A stretch of DNA of 64,000 nucleotides from a virus (Duplodnaviria > Caudoviricetes). Both the position numbers and the translations under genes were made by a program. This document shows positions 17,582 to 26,030 of the stretch, in pieces (the stretch's first letter is position 1; each line of letters starts with the position of its first letter). The stretch lies in IMG/VR virus record IMGVR_UViG_2651870089_000025, positions 1 to 64,000 of that record. One strand, given 5' to 3'. The notes under the pieces were generated by a model. It had not been told where the DNA came from and searched no databases. It saw nothing but the letters and a program-made list of their open reading frames with translations.

Positions 17582-18143
17582 ACTATATCAAACTAAAAGA
17601 GGAAGTAGAGGTTCGGCTGCTGAGGTATGGATCGATAAAGAAAAAAGGCTAGTTAAAAAGTATTATAAACCAAACGGTATTACTATAACTGGCGGCGTTC
17701 CACTGCATAATACATTAGAAGAACTCAAACAACTGTATGAAGCAGAAGTTTTTTGGACTTCATGTTATCCAGATTTTACTTTAGAAATATACGAACACGG
17801 TTCATTGCAAACAGAGCAAGGTTTTTATGTATTACAAGAATACGGCGGAGATGACTTATTGCATCAAATTGGAAAGACAGTAAAGCGTAAAGATGTTCCA
17901 AATTTTTCTGAACAAATTGTAGAAATGTTTAGACAGTTCAAAGACAAAGACATGTATAAATTAAATAGTGCACTTTGTAACATGGTTTATGATACTAAAA
18001 GTAAAAAAGTTAAAGCAATTGATTTTAAGTACTCAAAAGTTCGTGAGGAAAGATTAAGAGAATTTGAAATATATTCAGTAACTGAATGGGTCTCTTCAAT
18101 TGACCCAAATTTACCCGCGTTAATAATTGGAGAGTTAGTTTAA
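17574..18143 (+). CDS. Protein kinase-like fold protein (atypical catalytic loop)
   Basis: SRGSAAEVW loop, LVKK, LQEYGG hinge, N at the metal-binding position and AIDF. SD GAGG precedes ATG 17574. Confidence 0.7.
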   Translation: MYELYQTKRGSRGSAAEVWIDKEKRLVKKYYKPNGITITGGVPLHNTLEELKQLYEAEVFWTSCYPDFTLEIYEHGSLQTEQGFYVLQEYGGDDLLHQIGKTVKRKDVPNFSEQIVEMFRQFKDKDMYKLNSALCNMVYDTKSKKVKAIDFKYSKVREERLREFEIYSVTEWVSSIDPNLPALIIGELV

Positions 18144-18146
18144 ACT

Positions 18147-18452
18147 TCAGTCATCGTCAGAATTAAACAGTTGTTTAATAGACATTGCCTTTTTTGGATC
18201 TACCCAACCTGGATCTGCCATGTTGGACAATTTTTGTATCATAGCATCTTCTGGCAGTGCGTGTATTTTTCGCACACCGTTGTACAGATATTTTCGCATT
18301 ACTTTTTCAAACCATACTACTCGTCTTGTTTCAACAAGTTGATTTTTGTTTTCATTTGCTTCGTATAAACGCACAGGATGCCATGCAAACCATTGATGCC
18401 AATCTTTTAATCTTGATTCGCGTTCTTTTTGTGTTTCTCTTTGCCATTGCAT
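18147..18452 (-). CDS. Trp-rich small phage protein
   Basis: WHQWFAWHPVRL...VVWFEKV motif; last gene of the minus-strand operon. Confidence 0.75.
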   Translation of the reverse strand: MQWQRETQKERESRLKDWHQWFAWHPVRLYEANENKNQLVETRRVVWFEKVMRKYLYNGVRKIHALPEDAMIQKLSNMADPGWVDPKKAMSIKQLFNSDDD

Positions 18453-18456
18453 AATA

Positions 18457-19479
18457 TCACCTCACAGCATACTTGTTTAAGTTGTGTTCAAACTCACTTA
18501 AACGTTTATAGATAGAACGTAGTTCGGTAATTGTTGTCCAGTTATGCAAGAACAACGCAAACCCACCATGTACTTTTTGGAACGCATTTGACACTTGCAC
18601 TACTACGCCCAACAACACAGCACCAGTAAACAAACTTGGGCCAACAATCAAGTAAGGTACAATAACCATTGCTTGATCATACATAATCATCCATGTATCA
18701 AAGTAGCCATAGTGCAAGTACAAACGCTGATAGTTGAAACGTATACCTGTAAACAAACTTGCTAATGTTTCCGGTTGTGCGTAGTTTACTTTGTCATCCT
18801 CGCCAAACACCAAGTCCTTTCTAAACGCGGCCTCAACACGCTGATTGTTATATTCAAGTCCTGGCAGTTTAATGCCGACAAACCATGAAATAACCAATCC
18901 GCCTACAGATACAAACAATGCTACCCATACAAGAGAGCCGGGGATGTCGCTAAAGAATGGAATAGTAACAGAAGAACTTAAACCCCACAGTACTGGAATA
19001 AACGCAACAAGTGTCATTATTGCTCGTACTACTTGCAAGCCTAAGTTTTCTACAATTCTTGCAAACCGGTTGCAGTCCTCTTGGATACGTTGCGACGCGC
19101 CTTCGATTTCTTCTTCTACACTACGCCAGCGAGGAATATAATCAAACGTAATTGCCTCACGCCAACGCAAACCGTATATACGAGTAAACCAGCCTGTGAG
19201 GACTGCTAACAGCACATATGGAAATGCTAATACAGCAAACGATGGCTCACCACCCTCAAAGTATTGCAAGCCTAACAGTTTGTCATAAAACAAACTAACA
19301 CCTTCGGCTGCGTTGTCTTTATACTCTCCGGACTTTTGTAGTAAATCATAAAAGCCGCCGTACCATGTGTTTATTGCTACAGTTAGTTGTACTTGTAGCC
19401 ATAGAGACACAATGAGCAAAGTGCCTCCTCCGTATGCCCACTTTGCCCATTTCTTTGTTTTGTAAAATGCTTTAAACAT
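18457..19479 (-). CDS. SbmA/BacA-like peptide transporter
   Basis: Multiple TM segments. EGASQRIQED..RFA, LPGLEYNNQRVEAAFRKDLVFGED and NWTTITELRSIYKRL are SbmA/BacA motifs. No nucleotide-binding domain. Confidence 0.9.
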   Translation of the reverse strand: MFKAFYKTKKWAKWAYGGGTLLIVSLWLQVQLTVAINTWYGGFYDLLQKSGEYKDNAAEGVSLFYDKLLGLQYFEGGEPSFAVLAFPYVLLAVLTGWFTRIYGLRWREAITFDYIPRWRSVEEEIEGASQRIQEDCNRFARIVENLGLQVVRAIMTLVAFIPVLWGLSSSVTIPFFSDIPGSLVWVALFVSVGGLVISWFVGIKLPGLEYNNQRVEAAFRKDLVFGEDDKVNYAQPETLASLFTGIRFNYQRLYLHYGYFDTWMIMYDQAMVIVPYLIVGPSLFTGAVLLGVVVQVSNAFQKVHGGFALFLHNWTTITELRSIYKRLSEFEHNLNKYAVR

Positions 19480-19481
19480 GA

Positions 19482-20741
19482 CTAAAACTCAAACAGTTTA
19501 TCAAAGGTTGTTTTTGTATTACTATCGGATGCACTATAAATCCATACTGGCTCTACAAGACATTCTTGTAAAGGATCACCGCCACCTTCTTCGTTTTTAG
19601 GACGAGGTTTCATCTTCATTCCAATAACTTCTTGTAATGGCATATCAAGCGATGCCATATAATCTGACATTGGATCGCAGATGTGATAGCGTTTGTTGTT
19701 CATTTTAACATCCATAATATTAATAGCAATAACACCATTGTCTTTTATTACGCTGTGGATATTTTTTAATGTTGCTAACAAATAATCGTTTAGCCACGCA
19801 TCGTGAGTTGGATACTTAAACCAACTTTGTTTTTCTTGATGCTCACCCTCAGCATATTTTTCAGTTCCGAAATAAGGAGGACTTGTAAATGCTAAATCGT
19901 ACTCAAGGTCTGGCCATTCAACATGCTCACTGCCCTCACAAAATATAATAACAGTTTTATATCCTTCAACAACAAAATAATTGCTGTATGTTTTTACTGT
20001 AGGTTCGCCCCCTAATATTTTTTCATAAAACATACATTGCTTGATATATGTTTCCCATACTGCTGGGTTTGGATCACATCCGACATATACTTCGGCGTTG
20101 CTTGTATAAAAACCTGCGAGTCTGTCTCCCCAACCACAACTGCTATCTAAAACAGTTCTAGCATTAAACCTATCGTACATATACTTTGCTACGTTAGGTT
20201 TAAACTGTGTTGCTACATAAGCACCAAGCCTAAATGCTTCTCTGTATTTACCCTCGTCTACAAACTTGACGATACCCTCACGCCAAAAGGTCCAGTTAAA
20301 TTTTGCTAACTTTTCTTCGTTTTGCCACAGTTTTAGAGGTGCTAATGTATTATAACCGCTACAAGAAAGACGGTTTATTTGTTGAAAATAATTGCTTATA
20401 TCGTTGTAGTAGTGTCCCAATTCAATAACAGTTTTACAGTATTCTTGTACAGAATATTTGTAATCGTTAAACTTGTCCGTGGGTGTTGTGTTTGGGGTTG
20501 TAAGCAGTTTTGCTATTTCAAATTGTTTCAACTTGTTGAACTTTGTAATAACATCTTGCTTAGTAATGTGTTGTAAAGGAAAAGGTATATTGTTTTTTAC
20601 AATGTATTTGGCAAAGCCTTCTTTGCCTTCTTTGACTGAAAATTGTTCTTTAAATGCTGTCCATTGATCGGCATTAAATACGGGCAAGCCGGTTTCGGTA
20701 CCGTGCTCTCGTAAAACCTTCAGGATGTCCACGGAACCCAT
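19482..20741 (-). CDS. SAM-dependent amino (N6-A/N4-C) DNA methyltransferase-like protein
   Basis: Motif I VLDSSCGWGDRL and catalytic TSPPYF. Confidence 0.85.
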   Translation of the reverse strand: MGSVDILKVLREHGTETGLPVFNADQWTAFKEQFSVKEGKEGFAKYIVKNNIPFPLQHITKQDVITKFNKLKQFEIAKLLTTPNTTPTDKFNDYKYSVQEYCKTVIELGHYYNDISNYFQQINRLSCSGYNTLAPLKLWQNEEKLAKFNWTFWREGIVKFVDEGKYREAFRLGAYVATQFKPNVAKYMYDRFNARTVLDSSCGWGDRLAGFYTSNAEVYVGCDPNPAVWETYIKQCMFYEKILGGEPTVKTYSNYFVVEGYKTVIIFCEGSEHVEWPDLEYDLAFTSPPYFGTEKYAEGEHQEKQSWFKYPTHDAWLNDYLLATLKNIHSVIKDNGVIAINIMDVKMNNKRYHICDPMSDYMASLDMPLQEVIGMKMKPRPKNEEGGGDPLQECLVEPVWIYSASDSNTKTTFDKLFEF

Positions 20742-22516
20742 TATAGTTCCTCTTTGCTAAATCCTGTAAAGCCGTTTTCTTTAATAACGTTTAGTACGTT
20801 TGATACTCTGCCCATAAGTTCTTCTCTGTGCGAGATTAAGAAAATATTTTTATTGCGATCTCTTGTAATCTTTTTCAGTACAGCGATAGCCGCTTCAACA
20901 CCGTTTGTGTCTGTACCGTTATCAATAAGTTCGTCGATAAACATTAAACTAATTGGAGAGTTTAAGTTTTCAAACACATCTCTAAATGCCCAACTTAAAC
21001 TTAAAATTAACCGGTTTTTCTCACCACGACTTAAATTGTCAAAGTCCAAGTCTCTACCTATTTCTGTTATTTCAACAGACAAGTCGTTCAGGAATCTTAC
21101 TTCGTGTGGCAATCCCATCTTTGTAAGATAATAGTCTAGTCTCTTGTTGAGATACAATAAGTTTTGTTCAATAATACTTTTGCGTATAAAACTGTCCTTG
21201 TTGAGTAGTAATTTAAGTAAGAAGTCTTGGTGATTCTTTAAATCCATGAGTTGATTAAACTTATCATGACTTATCGTTTGTAATCCACTTGACTCTAATG
21301 ATGCAATTTGTTCTAAGTGCGGGTTTTGTGTTTCTTCTTCTTTTTCTATGTTTGCTTTTGTTGTGTTAATACTTTGCTGATGTGAATATGCAGAGTCGAT
21401 ATCCTCGTAGAATGTTACAGGCTCCTCACCTAATTCACCGATGCTATCTATTTTACTTTGAAGTTTGCTGATTGCTCGTTCTGTTTCTTGTAAGTGCTCA
21501 TTTGTTTCTGCAATCTTTTTTGTTAAATTTTCAACAATGCTGTTGTGTTGATCGTCATGTAACTCTTGCCCACACGCATAGCATTGATGGTTCTTTGCTG
21601 TTTCTAAATTAGCACCGTCGGTTTCGATAGAAGATAGATAGTTTTGCTGGTGTGTTTTTGCTTGCGTTATTTCTCTTTTATATCGTCGCAAGTCGTTAAC
21701 TTTGTTATTGTAAATTTCTAACTGCTTGTGTTTTTCAATTTCGGTAACAATGTCTATGTTGTTAAGTTCTGCAAGTACTATGTTATAGTCTGCTATTTTT
21801 TGTTTGCGCGACTCTTCCCATTGTTCGCTACGCTTTTTAGATTGTTCAATTTGTGCTTGTATTTTTTCGTTAGCATCTTGTATTGACTTAACATTGTATT
21901 CTTCTTTTAGCAAATCATCTTTTGTTTCTTTAATGTACTCTTTTAGAATGTCTGCTTTTTTGCTTAACTCAGTGATGCCCAGCAAGTCCTCAATAAACTC
22001 ACGCTGATCTTGCGTTTTCATATTAAGGAAAGGTTCTGTGTAGGTGTTTAACGCAACAATATGTTTAAACAGCGTTGGACTCATTTTAATAATGTCTTCG
22101 ATTACTTGTTGCGTATGTCGCATTTCTCCTTGTGCTTCATCTGTTGCTTCGCTTTCCGAGTCGCTGCCTGATTCGACATTGTCAACGTAAAATTTAAGTT
22201 TGTTAGGTTTTCTGCCGCGCTCAATTTTATATGTGTGATTGTCTTTTTTAAACTCTAAACTAACAAGCATATCTTTGCCGTTTGTTTTGTTAATTAAATT
22301 GTCGCGTTTTATGTTTGTAATTGCTGTGCCGTATAATGCGTATGAAATAGCATTAACGATTGTTGTTTTACCAGTGCCGTTGCGTGAGCCATTGCCTCCC
22401 AGATCGGCGTTGTTTCCTAATACTAATGTTAAGGGATCATCGGTAAATGTAACGCCCTGCGTTACAGCACCAACGCTCATAAAGTTTTTTAATGTGATAC
22501 TTTGTAGTTCTAACAT
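20741..22516 (-). CDS. gp46: Recombination endonuclease ATPase subunit (gp46/Rad50/SbcC)
   Basis: Walker A NGTGKTT, zinc hook CYAC, signature LSRGE, Walker B FIDE, and SH. Confidence 0.95.
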   Translation of the reverse strand: MLELQSITLKNFMSVGAVTQGVTFTDDPLTLVLGNNADLGGNGSRNGTGKTTIVNAISYALYGTAITNIKRDNLINKTNGKDMLVSLEFKKDNHTYKIERGRKPNKLKFYVDNVESGSDSESEATDEAQGEMRHTQQVIEDIIKMSPTLFKHIVALNTYTEPFLNMKTQDQREFIEDLLGITELSKKADILKEYIKETKDDLLKEEYNVKSIQDANEKIQAQIEQSKKRSEQWEESRKQKIADYNIVLAELNNIDIVTEIEKHKQLEIYNNKVNDLRRYKREITQAKTHQQNYLSSIETDGANLETAKNHQCYACGQELHDDQHNSIVENLTKKIAETNEHLQETERAISKLQSKIDSIGELGEEPVTFYEDIDSAYSHQQSINTTKANIEKEEETQNPHLEQIASLESSGLQTISHDKFNQLMDLKNHQDFLLKLLLNKDSFIRKSIIEQNLLYLNKRLDYYLTKMGLPHEVRFLNDLSVEITEIGRDLDFDNLSRGEKNRLILSLSWAFRDVFENLNSPISLMFIDELIDNGTDTNGVEAAIAVLKKITRDRNKNIFLISHREELMGRVSNVLNVIKENGFTGFSKEEL

Positions 22517-22518
22517 AC

Positions 22519-23550
22519 TTATAATGAGTTGTAAATCGCAACAAGTACTCTGGAATCAAATGTTTCGCTTTGTATATCTTGCAAGTGCGAAATAACAAGT
22601 TGATCTATACTTTGAAACTGTATTTCTCCTATAACACCTTCTTCGTGCTCTGATTCTTTTATTGGCAGTAACGCAAACTCTCGTAATTTAAATACTTCTG
22701 TAAATAACTCCTTTAAAAAGTTTGCTTCATCGTAGGTAATAATAATATCTAAATTAATTCTTGCGTTTGTTTTATGTTTTAAAAACGCTTCAGGATCCTC
22801 TAGCAACGTGGACATTTTTAATGTTCTATATGTAGGCTGGTCTGGCCAACTTATAAACTCTGGCTCACTGTCCCACTCTAAGACCATCATGCCTCGTTCG
22901 TCGTCCCATGCATCACTGTAGTTGTGAGGGAAAGCATTGCCGATATATACAATTTTATTTTTTGCTTGACGCTTATGAAAGTGACCACTGAATACCAAAT
23001 CAGGGTGTGTGAATGTTTCTTCTTTTATTCCACCGTGATCGGGCATTTGTATCATTGCATTCATGTAAAATGTTGGCAATTCAAAATGCCCAAACATGTA
23101 TTTGCATCGTAGTTTTTGTATACGTTTCCATTCGTCGCCGACTAACCATGGAACAAATGCTACATTTCCTTCAACAAATGGTTCGTTAATTTGTACAAAG
23201 TTTGACAGTAGTTTATTAAACTCAATACTGTTTAATGCTCTTGTATCACGATAATATAAATCATGATTGCCATTAATAAAATAAATTTTTTCAAATGACT
23301 CGTTGAGCAATGTCAATGCCTTTAATGTATAGTTCATTGTACTAACATTAATGCTTGCTCGCTGATGATGCCAGTCGCCGAGAAAGATGCAAACTTCGCA
23401 ATTTTGCTTTTTTGCTGTATCTACAAACCACTTAACGAAGTTTAAACAATCCTCGTTATGATACTGACTGTTATTTTTTAAACCAAAGTGTATATCAGTA
23501 AAGCAAGCGGCTTTTTTAAATAGAACGTTACTTGTCGTCGTCTTTGCCAC
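22519..23550 (-). CDS. gp47: Recombination endonuclease subunit (gp47/Mre11/SbcD)
   Basis: Metallophosphoesterase motifs DIHFG, GD, GNHD, GH and SGHFH. Confidence 0.95.
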   Translation of the reverse strand: MAKTTTSNVLFKKAACFTDIHFGLKNNSQYHNEDCLNFVKWFVDTAKKQNCEVCIFLGDWHHQRASINVSTMNYTLKALTLLNESFEKIYFINGNHDLYYRDTRALNSIEFNKLLSNFVQINEPFVEGNVAFVPWLVGDEWKRIQKLRCKYMFGHFELPTFYMNAMIQMPDHGGIKEETFTHPDLVFSGHFHKRQAKNKIVYIGNAFPHNYSDAWDDERGMMVLEWDSEPEFISWPDQPTYRTLKMSTLLEDPEAFLKHKTNARINLDIIITYDEANFLKELFTEVFKLREFALLPIKESEHEEGVIGEIQFQSIDQLVISHLQDIQSETFDSRVLVAIYNSL

Positions 23551-24394
23551 TGTGCCTCTCTTGCATTTGTTCTACTCGGCGCTGATGTTGCTTTTCCATT
23601 TCTTCAAATTGTCTGGTAAAACTTGGCATAGCGCCTGCTTGTTGAAGCATATCATCTCTGATATTTTGATTACGTTTTTCAACATTTAATATTCTTGTAA
23701 AACTGTTGGTGATTGCGGCAGTGTAGTATGCAAAGGGATTTTGCGATTTGCTCTCATCAAACTGTAAACCTATCTGAGATAGTTGCAACAATGCTTGACC
23801 GCGCATATCGTCAACATACGTGTAACCGCGCCAGTTGCTACGCATACTATATCTTTCGACTAACTTTAAGTACATTAACGCAAGTTTGTCTGTTATTTGT
23901 CCGCGCTGACCTGGCCCTCGCTCGATGTCAAAGTGTCCATTCTTTAATCCGCCCTTCCAGTGACTGCGGCCAACTTCTGTAAGTTCGTTATTAACATACG
24001 CATAATGCTTAAACGGCGGGAAAGGAAGTTTGACGTGTTCATCTGCTATGGTTTTTGGTGTGCGCTTTCTTGCAGGGTCTTCTGGTATATGTTCAAATGT
24101 CATAACACGAAAAACTAAGTCCTCTAACGGAATATCTTCTGCTTCTACAACAACATCAGCCGCTTTAACGCCTGCTTTTTCTTCTTTAAGTTTTGCTAAT
24201 GTTGCTTCTTTAATTCTTTTTGCTCTAGTTTCTTTTGCTAGTTTTATATTTTCGCCGTTGATTTCACTAATATCGTCTAAAATAACGTCATATTGGTCAT
24301 ATTTTTTATCAATATAGTACGAATAATTGTTTTTAGACAAGTGAATTTCAGCGAGCATATCTTTGTTGTTTAGATAATTAACTCGTTTTGCCAT
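23528..24394 (-). CDS. gp55: Late-transcription sigma factor (gp55-like)
   Basis: Motifs NYLNNKD, NWRGYTYVDDM and FDESKSQNPFAYYT...NSF.R...EK; located upstream of gp47/gp46. Confidence 0.9.
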   Translation of the reverse strand: MAKRVNYLNNKDMLAEIHLSKNNYSYYIDKKYDQYDVILDDISEINGENIKLAKETRAKRIKEATLAKLKEEKAGVKAADVVVEAEDIPLEDLVFRVMTFEHIPEDPARKRTPKTIADEHVKLPFPPFKHYAYVNNELTEVGRSHWKGGLKNGHFDIERGPGQRGQITDKLALMYLKLVERYSMRSNWRGYTYVDDMRGQALLQLSQIGLQFDESKSQNPFAYYTAAITNSFTRILNVEKRNQNIRDDMLQQAGAMPSFTRQFEEMEKQHQRRVEQMQERHSGKDDDK

Positions 24395-24422
24395 TGAGTT
24401 TTCCTTTTTATAATAGTTAATT

Positions 24423-24452
24423 ATTATAATATAGAAAACTGGTTTAAGTCAA
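24423..24452 (-). promoter_or_regulatory. Sigma70-like promoter for the gp55-47-46 operon
   Basis: TTGACT (24452-24447), 18-nt spacer, TATAAT (24428-24423). Confidence 0.65.
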
Positions 24453-24486
24453 GTAGAATCTAGATTAACACGGGCTTTTATAATTC

Positions 24487-24494
24487 GATAAATA
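24487..24494 (+). promoter_or_regulatory. Late promoter GATAAATA
   Basis: Exact motif upstream of 24515, at the start of the baseplate operon. Confidence 0.65.
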
Positions 24495-24514
24495 AAATAA
24501 AGAGATTATAAAAT

Positions 24515-25081
24515 ATGCGAGCACGTGAAATACTTGAAGCACAAGAACCTTTTGCATTCACGTATGGTAGAATGAATCCGCCTACGATTGGACACGAAAA
24601 GTTAATTGATGCTGTTAAGTCAGCCAGCGGTAATTATGCAGTTTATGTTAGCCGGTCTCATGATCCTAAGAAGAATCCATTAGATGTGGATACTAAATTA
24701 GGATATTTAAAGACCATGTTCCCCAATGTGAAATTCGAGCCGGCACAACTGTTTTTACCGATACTAAGCAACTTATATGCATCAGGGGTGCGCGACATTA
24801 TTTTAGTAGTTGGCGATGATAGAGTTGCTGATATGGAAAAAATGATTAATGCATACAACGGAGTTAAAGACAAGCCTCACGGCTACTATAACTTTGACTC
24901 AATTCAAGTTAAGAATGCCGGGCAGAGAGATCCTGACTCTCCCGGGGCAGAAGGTATGTCAGCAAGTAAAATGCGGGCAGCCGCTGCCAACGATGATTAT
25001 AGCTCGTTTAAACTTGGACTTCCGCAAGGATTTAAGCAAGGCGAAAAGTTGTTTAAAGATGTTCAGCGAGGAATGAGATAA
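24515..25081 (+). CDS. Cytidyltransferase-like (HIGH-family) nucleotidyltransferase
   Basis: Motifs GRMNPPTIGH, KKNPL, VVGDDRV and GMSASKMR. Confidence 0.88.
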   Translation: MRAREILEAQEPFAFTYGRMNPPTIGHEKLIDAVKSASGNYAVYVSRSHDPKKNPLDVDTKLGYLKTMFPNVKFEPAQLFLPILSNLYASGVRDIILVVGDDRVADMEKMINAYNGVKDKPHGYYNFDSIQVKNAGQRDPDSPGAEGMSASKMRAAAANDDYSSFKLGLPQGFKQGEKLFKDVQRGMR

Positions 25082-25722
25082 TGCCAGGACCTGGAAGATT
25101 AGGAAGAACTACTGACAGGCGAGCCAGACTTACTTGTAAAGGAAGTCTCGAAGATACGTTCCCGGGCGCACTCGATGGGCCAATGCTGCCTTTGCGGAAT
25201 GATCGAGGCGTAGTTTTCCCGTATGTTCCTACTATAATGATGAATCATCAGGCCAGGTACGGTAGTCATCAACCGATACACAGTAATTTTCAATATAGAT
25301 ATTTTCAAAATTACGAATTAGCAGATTTTACTGTATCGTGTGACTTTACATCTAGTACGTCAACTGAAGCATTGTACACACAAGGCGCAATGCATTTCTT
25401 TAAATCTGCCATGAAAATAGGCTTTGGCGAAACAGATCCAAATGCTGGTGTACCACCTCCTGTATTAGAATTTAGTGCATGGGGACCGGGTTGGGCAGAA
25501 AGAATCCCAGTAGTTATCGCAAACTTTTCCTTTAACATCGACGGATCAGCCGATTGGACATGGCCAATACCTTATGCCAATACAGACGATCAAACAATGA
25601 TGCCTCTAAAGGTGACGTTTATTTTAACGTTATCACCAACTTACAGTACTAAGAGTTCAAGAAAAGAATACAACAGTGAATCGTTTTATAACGGAGCACT
25701 ATTAAGAAAAGGATATCAGTAA
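25081..25722 (+). CDS. Baseplate/tail-tube initiator-like structural protein
   Basis: GVVFPYVPTI and G.PPPVL.F...G motifs; directly upstream of gp53. Confidence 0.65.
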   Translation: MPGPGRLGRTTDRRARLTCKGSLEDTFPGALDGPMLPLRNDRGVVFPYVPTIMMNHQARYGSHQPIHSNFQYRYFQNYELADFTVSCDFTSSTSTEALYTQGAMHFFKSAMKIGFGETDPNAGVPPPVLEFSAWGPGWAERIPVVIANFSFNIDGSADWTWPIPYANTDDQTMMPLKVTFILTLSPTYSTKSSRKEYNSESFYNGALLRKGYQ

Positions 25723-26027
25723 TGCCAAGAAAATCGTCGTATGCATCAGACAGTTTTTATTCACGAACTAAAACAGTTGATTTTTATTTAGGATATTGGA
25801 ATATTGATCCGCAGGTTAATGCAAGTAAAGATCAAAAGATAGAAATTGAATCCAAATATCATTTACGCCCAGATTTAATGGCATATGACATGTATGGCAG
25901 CCCAAATTTATGGTGGGTGTTTGCTATGAAGAATAAGAGTTTATTAATTGACCCGGTAGAAGACTTTAAAACAGGATTAGTTATTGCAGTACCACCAAAG
26001 AGTGCTATTTCAGATTTACTAGGATAA
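25722..26027 (+). CDS. gp53: Baseplate wedge protein (gp53-like, LysM-like)
   Basis: Motif RPDLMAYDMYGSPNLWWVF..N. Confidence 0.85.
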   Translation: MPRKSSYASDSFYSRTKTVDFYLGYWNIDPQVNASKDQKIEIESKYHLRPDLMAYDMYGSPNLWWVFAMKNKSLLIDPVEDFKTGLVIAVPPKSAISDLLG

Positions 26028-26030
26028 GAT

